NCBI RefSeq assembly: GCF_018977255.1
Contig: NW_024704743.1
Coordinates: forward strand, 114,578,001 to 114,642,000
Direction: 5' to 3'
Length of the DNA: 64,000 nucleotides
DNA from: Callorhinchus milii
Taxonomy: Eukaryota
Shown here: piece by piece, positions 25,001 to 35,512 of the stretch
Layout of the letters: each line of letters begins with the position of its first letter
How positions within the stretch are numbered: position 1 is the stretch's first letter
Program-made: the position numbers and the translations under genes
The notes under the pieces: model-generated
Seen by the model: the letters and a program-made list of their open reading frames with translations, nothing else
Told to the model about the DNA's origin: nothing
Databases searched by the model: none

Positions 25001-25840
25001 ACGATTTTGAATTTGTGGCTGATGAGATTAGTGGAATCCTTCATAAATGTCCTTCTAAATACACATCAGACTAAAAACTCTGATGTCTTTTCCTCGGTGC
25101 AGGACTGGGCTGCGATGTTTCAGATTCGCACCAGGTTCCTCTAATCTAACATGACATCCAGTTGCTGGCTTTCACCTCCAGATGTAAATCTTTCCGTGGA
25201 TTTATTTGTTTTGCAGCAGTAATTGAATACATGAAATAACTTGGGCATGGCTTTCCGTTTAAAAATTCTCATGGATTTAGTTTCAGTCATCCTGACCTAA
25301 ATTAAACTCAATTAGCTTGAGTGCATTTAATTCAAATTGGTACCTTCCAACCAGAGCAGACGACTTGAATATAAATCACCCCAAGTTTCTAGCCACGTGT
25401 CTGTCTGACAGTACACGGAGCATATAAATTACCTTTTTTTTTACAAATTCATTTAAGTTCAGTTACAAGAGCTCATCAATCTCAGCATCACATTTGTATG
25501 CCAGTGAACTCAGGATAGGTTCACGACCCAACAAAGCTTAGCATTTAGCACTTTCCTTGGGTCAGAGAGTCTTGAAAACAAAGCCAAGATGGTGGGAATT
25601 GCTTGTGACTGTGACTGAATTTGATGCTTTTTGCTTTATGTCAAGATGTTATTCACTTACACCCAACCAGCAGACACTTGATAGACGCAAATGCCTTACA
25701 GTGAAATTACATTGCAATACACAAGAATTGACTGCCATAGAATTCCGTTCTTTACTTGTTGTTTCGAATCCATTAGAAGCTATAGCAACAGCACAAGTCA
25801 AAGGCAACATTTAACAGAGGCTAATTTATCAAGGATAAAT

Positions 25841-26261
25841 ACAACAACAAGATTTCATTTATAGAGCGCCTTTCACATCGGGAGGACGTCCCAAGGCGCT
25901 GGACAGTTGGGTCACGACCCGAGCAGGGGGGAAATGGTCAGGGTGAGGGGAGGGAAGGAGCGAGGAGGGGGTAGAGAGTCAAGAGGGGAGCTGAAGGCAC
26001 GGTCAAAGGTCTTGAGACCGAACTTGAAGGAGGAAAGGGAGGAGGCAAGGCGAAGGCACTGGGGGATGGAGTTCCAGAACCTAGGGGCTGAGAGGCTGAA
26101 GGCCCGGCCACCGATGGTAGGGCGGTTCGGACGGGGGATGTGGAGCAGACCAGAGCCAGAGGAACGGAGGGTACGGGCAGGTAAGTAGGGGGATAGTAGG
26201 TCGGAAAGGTAGGAGGGAGCAAGGCCGTGAATGGCCTTGTTGGTGAGGATGAGGATCTTGA
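25841..26261 (-). mobile_element. Young L2-derived 3' element
   Basis: Near-identical to 1970-2460 but lacks the 45-bp internal duplication. Confidence 0.93.
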
Positions 26262-26285
26262 ATAATAAACTAACTTTTTTTAAAC

Positions 26286-27010
26286 ACTCTCTTCTCAGAG
26301 GGATGCATCCTGCTTACCTAATTCCAGAAAATATTAATAATAATAATAATAATAATCCTTGCATTTTGATATAGCGCTTTTCACGTCGAGAGGACGTCCC
26401 AAAGCGCTTCACAGAACACACTGTAAAGTGAATTGACTGTATATTTGTGGGCGAACGCGGCAGCCAATTGCGCACAGCAATGTCCCACAAACAGTCATGG
26501 ATTGAAAATGACCAATTTATTATTGTTTTTTTGGTTTTTGGAGGGATTATTATTAGGCTCTGTGTGGAGTAAGGAAACTTGCCCAAGGTTTCGCCCTGTC
26601 TGGAATTGAACTCAGGTCTCTCACATGCAAAGCGAGTGCTCTAACCACTGAGCTACAGGACTCCACTGGTGCTGGTTGGCAACAGCCAATGCTTGGGGAC
26701 CCCAGAATGTGTGTTGGGGAATTGCAGGAGTTGAATGAGCTAAAAATGCATAGTTTGATATCAAAAGCACTGTATGGCAAGCTTCCCACTGCTTGTCTAA
26801 CTATGACCAATCTACTTTTTGGGGCTTTGGCTTGTACGATTAACAGCATCTGAGCGGAAAGAGTCCCTACCACAGTGGCCTGCCCTTCCCAGTCTTGCTG
26901 ATGAGACAGGATGGCTCTGCTGTCACCAGCAATGCCCTTGAATACTGCAGATATGCCTGTCTCACGAACTGGACTACAGAGACCGACACCAAGGGTGGGC
27001 TGGATTCTGA
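26286..27010 (-). mobile_element. Ancient LF-SINE-like element, split by the SINE at 26336-26665
   Basis: Plus-strand GCAAGCTTCCCACTGC, CCTGTCTCACGAACTGGACT and TGGGCTGGATTC resemble the reverse complement of the recalled LF-SINE consensus. The 3' part matches two other loci in this window. Confidence 0.5.
26336..26665 (-). mobile_element. tRNA-derived SINE with an internal deletion, inserted into an older repeat
   Basis: Intact head ending at 26665; (AAT)n tail from 26336. Confidence 0.92.
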
Positions 27011-27654
27011 AATTAAGGAATCCTCAATAAGGAATTTCATTAAGAATTTCCATCAAACATTAGAAACTCTGCTCCAGAAGTAGACTTGTGTTGATGCAGA
27101 GTGTTGTGGCTTGATATGACATACCTCATGGCTATTAATAACAAGAGTCCAATTTGCATGATTCAATTTTTTTAATAAACGATTATTTCCACTTACGAAA
27201 TACTGCATATTAGGGCCTGATAAAAAAATGGATTTTAATATTAAAGCCAACTCCCTTATGCATTCAACTGAAAAATCAAGACTGCAGCCCAGCCTGATCA
27301 AATATGAATGAATCTAACTCATTTCTGTTCAGTGTAGTGTCAGGCAAAGAGAGGGGGAATTTCATGTCAGCCACAACACCTAGTCAATCTTGCTTAAGAT
27401 TTCTCTTTAAATGGTCTTCCTTCAGGACTAAATGGTCTCCAATCAACTGCTGAAAATACCAACTATTGGGCAAGATCATTCATGTCACAGCATTGTTCTG
27501 GTAAATTTCCTCTGTATTTGTTAGAATGTTGTTTGCTAATAAAGTTGATAATAAATGCCTCATAAGTGTTTTCATACCAATCTTGAGAAGTGCAAAAGAA
27601 AGGCACATTTTCTTTTAAAATAACTTTAACTGGGCTCATTTGGGGAGCTCTCCA

Positions 27655-28010
27655 TTATTGCAGGTGCTGCCCTTCATATGAGATGTTAAGCCAAGGTCCC
27701 TTCTACCTGTTCAGGCTAAAGATCCCATGATGCGATTCAAAAAGAGAGGGGAGTTTCTCCCTTGTGTCCTGCCCAATACTCCTCCTGATTAGTTGATCAT
27801 TCATCTGGGGGTAATAATCCCTTCAAAATAAATGTTGTCACTCAATCCACAACTATTTATGGGACATTGCTGTGCGCAATTGGCTGCTGTGTTTCGCCCA
27901 CAAAATACAGTCATTACATTTTACAGTATATTCTGTGAAGCACTTTGAGACGTCTCAACGACGTGATAAAGTGCTATATCAAATGCAAGGATGATTATTT
28001 TTATTATTAT
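27655..28010 (+). mobile_element. Deu-domain SINE core followed by a SINE 3' body and tail
   Basis: ATGAGATGTTAAGCCAAGGTCCC...TAAAGATCCCATG...GGGGAGTTTCTCCCTTGTGTCCTG, then an (ATT)n tail. Confidence 0.8.
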
Positions 28011-28095
28011 CCCATGGCTGTCGACGGGAACTTGCTTTGAGGAAAATAACTAGGTAACTCTGTTCATATTGGCTAGTGGGCTATGCTGCTGTGAT

Positions 28096-28593
28096 CTTGA
28101 TTTCAAGATCCTCATCCTCACCCACAAGGCCATTCACGGCCTTGCTCCCTCCTACCTCTCCAACCTACTATCCCCCTACCTACCTGCCCGTACCCTCCGT
28201 TCCTCCGGCTCCGGTCTGCTCCACGTCCCCCGCCCCAACCGCCCTACCATCGGTGATCGGGCCTTCAGCCTCTCAGCCCCGAGGCTCTGGAACTCTATCC
28301 CCCAGTGCCTTCGCCTTGCTTCCTCCTTCTCCTCCTTCAAGGCCGGTCTCAAAACCTTTCTCTTTGACCGAGCCTTCAGCTCCCCTCTCGACTCTCTTCC
28401 CCCTTCTCGCTCCCTCCCTTCCCTCCCCTCACCCTGACCATTTCCCCCCTCCTCGCTCGCTCCCTCCCTTCCCTCCCCTCACCTTGACCATTTCCCCCCT
28501 GCTCGGGTCATGACCCAACTGTGCAGCGCCTTGGGACGTCCTCCTGACGTGAAAGGCGCTTTATAAATGGAATCTTGTTGTTGTTGTTGTTGT
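28096..28593 (+). mobile_element. Young L2-derived 3' element (about 500 bp)
   Basis: Open L2 C-terminal frame DFKILILTHKAIHGLAPSYL...FKAGLKTFLFDRAF; TGTGAT flanks both ends; (GTT)n tail. Confidence 0.95.
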
Positions 28594-29644
28594 GATGCCT
28601 AAGGTTAGTAAAGAGATCTAAACCTGAAAGCTGATTCAAGGTTTTCAATTAAGACTCTGCCAGTTCTGCTCAGTTTTTCATCAAAATGTCAATCAGAACT
28701 GAAAAAATAATTTTCCAGGGCTTCAGTGAAGCTCAATGACAATGTGTAACAACATGAAGCACAAAACAGACAGATTAAAAGCAGATAGTAATTGTTCTTC
28801 AGTATGAAACGCTAGTTTGAACATCGTTTCTGCATCCATTCATAAGACACAAGGTTGAGGCTCTATTCATTGGTTGCTATGACAAGTGCTCCTGGACTTA
28901 GAAACAGAGAAACACAAAGAAACGGAGCAGCAAACAAACCAAGAATAAGAGGAAAAACTCAAAATATACTTATTTTGTTATAAGTTAAATTAATTTAGCA
29001 GAATTAGTTTTACTTACCAGTTTGCAGTTTTACTAAGTTAGATTAACTTAATACTTAGTTTAACCTAATGCTTAATTTAACTAGTACAAAGGATGGGAGT
29101 GAGACACCAAGCAAAGGTTGAGCAGAAAAGGGGAAAGTGGATGGGGAGGTCACCACAGGTGAGGTCAAAGAGGTAGGTTTTATGGTGGGACTCTTAACAA
29201 CAGATAGACAGTCTCTAAAGACTCTAAAGAGAGTTGGAGATAGGGAGATCCAGAGGTGTAGGATCTGAAGGTTCAGTCACAGAAGATGGAATGAAGTGAC
29301 CTAACAATATATAACAATATAAACTAAAAATAATAATATGCAATTATATTTTTCAGCCACAAGATTCTTCACCTCTTTGCATAATTAGAACTATCCAGAT
29401 AGACTCCCTTGCCTTACCTTAACTGCTAAAACCATGTAATTGATACATGAGAATAATATTTTGTTGTTATAGCTTTATCACATCATCAAAACGTCCAAAG
29501 TTTTTCACATGATTTACGACAAAATGTAATGACTATATATTTGTAGGCAAACAAAAATGAACATATCATAAAATATGGCATGATATACTTGTTAAAACCT
29601 ACAAAATGAGCCAAGCTTTCACCAAGGTCTGTGAAGGGGAGAGA

Positions 29645-30345
29645 ATAATAATAATAATCCTTGCATTTGATATAGTTCCTTATCATGTCTTCAAAACATT
29701 TCGAAGCGCTCCACAGAATATACTGTAAAATGAACTGACTGTATATTTGTGGGCAAAACAAGGCAGCCCATTGCGCACAGCAGTGTCCCACAAGCAGTTG
29801 TGGATTGAGTGACCAATTTTTTTTTTTTTTTGAAGGAATTATTACCCCTGGAAAAGCAATCCGCTAATAACCGGGTTCCTACACTCCATGCTCGGGCCCC
29901 TCCTACCTCTCTGACCTGCTGACTCTCTACCAACCTGCCCGCTCCCTCCGCTCATCAGGCTCGGTCCTGCTCCATGTCTCCTGCCCGACCCATCCTACCA
30001 TCGGTGGCCGGGCTTTCAGCCTCTCTGCCTCCACACTCTGGAACGCCATCCCACGGTCCCTTCGCCTCGCTTCCTCCCTTGCCTCCTTCAAGGCCGGTCT
30101 CCAGACCCTTCTCTTCGACTGTGCCTTTGGTCTCCCTCCCACCTCTCTGCCTTCCCTCACCCCTACACCACCCCTCCCCCATGCTCGGGCCCCGACATCT
30201 GACTGCTACTCCTGAAAATGAAAATCAATGATGTCCTCCCGACGTGAAAGGCCCTCTAAAATGTAATTTTGTTGTTGTTGTTACTGCTAGGTAAATAGAG
30301 TTGTGTGGAGTAAGGAAACTTGCCCAACATTTCGCCCTGCCGGAA
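29645..30345 (-). mobile_element. tRNA-SINE (head mostly lost) split by an opposite-strand L2 3' fragment at 29882-30280
   Basis: The SINE body breaks at CCGGGTTCCTA (29881) and resumes at TTACTGCTAGGTAAA (30281). Confidence 0.88.
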
Positions 30346-32624
30346 GTAGGCTTGAAAGGCAAAATATTGTGTGCAATTGCAATTAGTCAAACCTTTTACC
30401 TTGAACAGTTTTACAATTTTTTTTAAACATCAATTATTACTACTAAGAGCTACTCCTGAAAATGAAAATCAATGATTCCAAACAGCAATGATTAAACGTA
30501 CATCTTTGAGATACTTAGCTTGGGGAATTTTGCCAAGAAATTATAAATGTATAAAATTGAAAATTGCTCAAATCCTGCTTGGGGAACATAATATGGAAAC
30601 AAGAAAGGTAATTCAGCCAATCCAGTGTTTTTTGTAAACGTTCCTTTAATCTATTTTATATACTTCGGATGAGACATTAAACTGGGGTCCCGTCTGCCTA
30701 TTCAGGAAGATGTTAAAGATCCCATGGCAGGATTCAAAAAGGGAAGGAAGATTCTCTCGGTGACCTTGCCAACAATCTCCCAAATAAAAATTGGTCATTC
30801 GCTCCATGGCTGTTCCATGGAACAACACTTTGTGCAATTGTGCTGCCGCGTTTACCTACAAATTACAGTAAATCCTGTGAAGCGCTTTGAGACGTCCTTC
30901 TGATGTGATAAGGTCCTATACCAATGCAAGTTTTTATACATATACATTATACATACATGTAATATTAATAGTATTCCTTCCTTCACTTCCTGCTAAATCA
31001 GGAATCTGTCTCAATCACTTTAATGCTTTAAGTGATGTAATTTACTGTACCAATAAAGATGTATATCAGCTGCAATGGAAAATGAGCCATGCAGAGGAAG
31101 CCCTGGAGAAACATAAAGTACACTTCAAAGTGAAAGCAAACGTTTGTGACTTGCCGTATTGCCGTTCATACTTTAATGACTGAAAGGAGTGACTATCTCT
31201 GAAGTTCTTCCCCACCATTAAATAGGTCGCGGCAGTTGAATTCAGTAAGAAGTTTGTGGATTTCTGCCTTTACAACTTCAGAGTGATATGAGCAGGCACT
31301 GAATGTGGATCTCCCTGCACAGTCAATGAGCATGCTGTTCATTCACCTCGACAGTAATAACAAAATACACAGTCACTACACTTTACAGTAAATCCTGGGA
31401 GTGTTTTGAGACTTTGTTCGACATGAAGGTTGCTATATTAAATACAAGTATTAATATCATTATAATTATTAATAATAATATTCACAAACTCCAATCTTAA
31501 AATCACTAGTTCATAAGTCATCCCACATGGTTTACATTTTATTTCATTTTCTTTTTCTATTTCTTTAAATTCAGTTCTAGCTGAGCTTGAATCCACTGTG
31601 CTCTCAGTCGTGGCACCATAGATATCTCCTCTGACTGGTTGCTTGTTTATGTATTTGGATTTTTAAACCATAACACATTGGGATCTTTGCAATGGTCTCT
31701 GCATACTGGACATTTCATGTCGGTTTGTAAGGGCATTGCTGTGCACAAATTGGCTGCTGTGTTCGCCGACAAATGCAAATCACTGCGCTGTTAAGCCCAT
31801 TTGAAAAGTCTTCCTGACGTGAAAAGGCGCTATATCAAATGCAAGTATTATTATGTTACCAGTCAGCAGAGGCAAATGCTGTGAGCTGTGCCATTGCAAG
31901 ATAAATGGAGATTTTATGTGGCAAATTCCCTTGGTACAGCTTTACATTTACTGCAAATGTTATTTCAGAAACAAGTGTTGATTTCAATGAATGGAAAGCA
32001 TTTTGCATGCAGGCACCTAGAAGGGCAGAAAACATTACTTCAAGATTGTCGCGCATTTTAGTTCACAGCTCTCTCTCTAACGACATAGTAGTGAGTTTTA
32101 AACATAATTGGGTGTTGGTAATCATTTACTGATTAAAGGTTTCCCCCCAGGGTTGTTGGGGAGGCGGGGGGGTGGAGGCGGAAATTCACGATTTGAAATG
32201 AACATCTCCACCCTTTTCCATTAGTTTCGTGTATAACCACTCAAACCCGGTGGACTTCTGAATTTAATGAGAAAGAATCACAGGTTTGAGAGCTTGAATT
32301 GGCAGCCAGAAATGTTTAATGTGCCAATGCATATGTCAAATGTGGGTAATTCATCACAGCGCTAGTTCCAGTCCTTTAATATGAAACGTTACGTTGCAGA
32401 GAGATTGAGTAATTCAACACTCTTTCACCTCTGTGACCCGTGTTCAAAAGGAGCCCAGACTGACTCTCTCTGTCTCCTCATTCCTCCAAAAAGCAATTGT
32501 GCAGTTTCAGAGCAGGACCCAATTCGCAACAGTTCACAGCACAAAACTAACTTGTGTCACCATGGACAGGGAATAAGGGTAAGAGGATTATATTCAAATT
32601 TGTGGGATGTAGTCAATGTTCTCA

Positions 32625-33078
32625 GGCACTGACCCGATCACGCCCGTCCTTGCCAGACTCCACTGACTTCCCATCACGCAGAGGATACAGTTCAAGATCC
32701 TGGTCCTCACTTTCAAAGTCCTCCATGGTCTTTCTCTCCCCTACCTGTGCAACCTCCTAACCCCTACCAACCTGTTTGCTCCCTCCATTCAGCGGGCTCT
32801 GGCTTGCTTCACGTCCTTTGCCCGGCCTAGCATTGGTGGTCGGGCCTTCAGTCACTCTGCCCCCACCCTCTGGAACTCAATCCCGCAGTCCCTCTACCTC
32901 GCCCCTTCCCTTGCCTCCTTCAAGACCCATCTCAAGACCTTCCTCTTCGACCGTGCCATCGATCACCCTCCATCCCCCCCTGCCCTCCACCCTCCCCAAT
33001 CCTGATCCCCAGCTCGGGTCTGAAACACTGATTGTCCAGTGCCTTGGGACTTCTTCAAAGTGTAATTTTGTTGTTGAT
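32625..33078 (+). mobile_element. L2 3' fragment
   Basis: Degenerate LHWLP..RIQFKILVLTFK region through to the tail. Confidence 0.85.
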
Positions 33079-33129
33079 GTACCCAAGAGGTCTCTACTCG
33101 GGCTTTCTTACTTTGCATATAAAATACTT

Positions 33130-33398
33130 TGGTCTGGAATGCACTGCCTGAAAGGGTGGTGGAAACAGATTCAATAACAACTTTCAAAAGGGAATTAGAT
33201 AGGTACTTGTAAAGGAAAAAATTGCAAGAATATGGGGGAAGAGCAGGGGAGTGGAACTGATTGGGTAGCTCTTCCAAAGAGCTGGCACAGGTACAATGGA
33301 GTCCACTGGCCTCTCTCTGTGCTGTAATATACTATGATTCTATGATGATGGGGTTAAGATGTCTAAATTTGCTGATGATACAAAATTGGGGGGGGGGG
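33130..33398 (+). mobile_element. CR1/HER1-type LINE 3' end plus a short RT scrap (KFADDTKLG)
   Basis: VWNALPERVVE...FKRELDRYL, then ...CTGTGCTGTAA...ATGATTCTATGA tail; AAATTTGCTGATGATACAAAATTGGG at about 33366. Confidence 0.85.
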
Positions 33399-34093
33399 TG
33401 AGACAAACTGAGGAGAAATGCAAGAGTGGGCAGCTAACTGTTAAATGGAATTTGCTCTTTGTATGTGAGATCAGAGTGGGGGTGGAACAGGAGTAGTAAA
33501 GGACCTTTGGCTGAATAATTTCATGTCATGATGTGTTCGAGCTGCAGAGAACCTCACCACTGTGCTGCCATCTCAGTTTGATGAAAAACCAAGTTGCACC
33601 ATATTAGAATGGCTCAATCATGAAGTATTAAATAACACAGACCTTGTGACGTTCTGGAAATATTTATTCAGCCTGAAACACAGCCTAAAATGAGTACTGG
33701 AGAAAGAAAAGGTAGCTATGAAGATACCATTTACCTTTAAGATTGCAATTTATTTTTGTGTGAAGAATGTAAATTGTTTGCTTTGCTCCCTGTGATCCAG
33801 CCAGTGAACTTGAGGCAAGATATACAATATTCTGCTCTGTTGGCTAAGTTGAGCGAGTTTGTTTCTATGCGCTTATAAATATGATGTCATATCAATCTAT
33901 AAACATACAATAAAGATGAGCTCAACCACTTTTCCTGGTAACCCTCTCCAGCTGTTGATTGCCCTTGTCCTTCAAACTCCAAAACCTCTGTGCAAACATT
34001 GACTGTCAAAGGTACAACCTTGACTACTATTCGTCTTATAACTAGTGTATGTTCTGGGCAATAGACAAGAGAAAGGAACGTGGGGTTTCTTAC

Positions 34094-34284
34094 CGGTGGA
34101 CTCCACTGTTGCACATCATGATGTGGCAGGCTCCCAAGCGACTGCAGAGCTCGGATGAAACGGACAGCAATCCAACCCCAGATGCCCCACAGGCCGTGTT
34201 AGCACAGTCTGCAGTTCGTTTTGACCTGATAAAGGATTCCATCAATCGATAGAGCTCATCCAACGCATTGAGAGGCCGCAGGAG
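34094..34284 (-). CDS. PREX2: PREX2 coding exon (191 nt): [64 protein letters not shown]
   Basis: tttacag|CTC...CACCG|gtaag, phase 0/2. Contains the CX5R-like motif CNSGVHR of the IP4P domain. Confidence 0.96.
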
Positions 34285-34509
34285 CTGTAAATCAGACAGC
34301 TCTGGAGTCAATATGAGTAGTGTTCACTCAGACTGCTTAAGGATACAAATCTAACACAAAGGGGAGGCAGATAACAGACAGAAATAGTTTGGTGCTGAAA
34401 TCTGCTTCCATTTTGTGAGCTTGTTTGGAGAAATTAAAAATTATTTCTGACTCAAACCTGGCAAACATTGCCATTCCATAAATCCATGAAATGATTGAAA
34501 CATGCATAC

Positions 34510-34573
34510 CTTGTCTATCATAGCAGCTTTGGATGAGTTCGGGGGTAGATTTGACTTGTCCAGATAGAATGCC
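34510..34573 (-). CDS. PREX2: PREX2 coding exon (64 nt): AFYLDKSNLPPNSSKAAMIDK
   Basis: tatacag|GGCA...GACAAG|gtatgc, phase 2/0. Confidence 0.93.
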
Positions 34574-34769
34574 CTGTATAAAAAGTAAAACCATCAAATA
34601 AGGTATTTGGAAAATGTTACAACACAGATTTATAAGAACATGATTTTCCTCAGTATTTTAATGCCAAATGTTTTGGCATTAAAATATCGATAATCCATAA
34701 CTTAAGAAGTTTAAGTAACCAAGCAGGAAAAAGAAATTAAAAGCACTAAATAGCTTTATAAATAGCCAT

Positions 34770-34870
34770 TGTGTGTGGCGTGTGTGTGTGCGCATGTGTG
34801 GTGTGTGTGTGTGTGGCGTGTGTGTGTGTCTGTGGCGTGTGTGGTGAGCATGTGTGGTGTGTGTATGTGC
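34770..34870. repeat. Imperfect (TG)n microsatellite
   Basis: Direct inspection. Confidence 0.9.
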
Positions 34871-35266
34871 AACAAGAACAACTTGCATCTATATAGCACC
34901 CCTCACGCAGGGTAGCGTTCCAGAGCACTTGACGGTGGCAGAGCACGGCGCCATCCGGAGGGAGAGGGGAGGTGACCGTAAACATGGTCAAAGAGGAAGA
35001 TCTTCAGGCAGCACCTGAAAATGGGGGAAGGCGGGTGCAAGGCGGAGGGATTGAGGAAGAGTGTTCACAGAGTTTCGGGACATAGTGGCCGAAAGCGCAT
35101 CCAACGATGGAGAGCATGATGGACAAGCAGGAGGCCAGAGCCAGCCAAGCAAAGGCAACGGGTAGTGGGTACAGGATTAAGCAGGTAAAAGTGGTAGGGA
35201 GGTGCCAGGGCATGAAGGGATTTGAAGGCGATATAAAATGCAATGATTTTGCATTTTAGGGATTTA

Positions 35267-35512
35267 GGGTGTGTGAGTGTGTAAGGGTGTGTGCATGTGT
35301 AGGGGTGTGTGAGTGTGTAGGAGTGTGTGTGTGTATAGAGGTGTGTGCGTGAACAGGGGTGTATGTGTGCAGGGGTGTGTGCCTGTATAGGGATGTGTGC
35401 GTGTGTAGGGGTGTGTGCAGGTGTACAGGTGTGTGCGTGGGTAGGGGTGTGTGTGTGTGTGCGTGCGTGTAGAGGTGTGTGTGCGTGTGTCTGTGTACAT
35501 GTGTGTATGTCT
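35267..35512. repeat. Degenerate TG-rich tandem repeat (GTGTGT..GTAGGG-like units)
   Basis: Direct inspection. It accounts for the HT-rich and CV-rich ORFs in the track. Confidence 0.9.
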
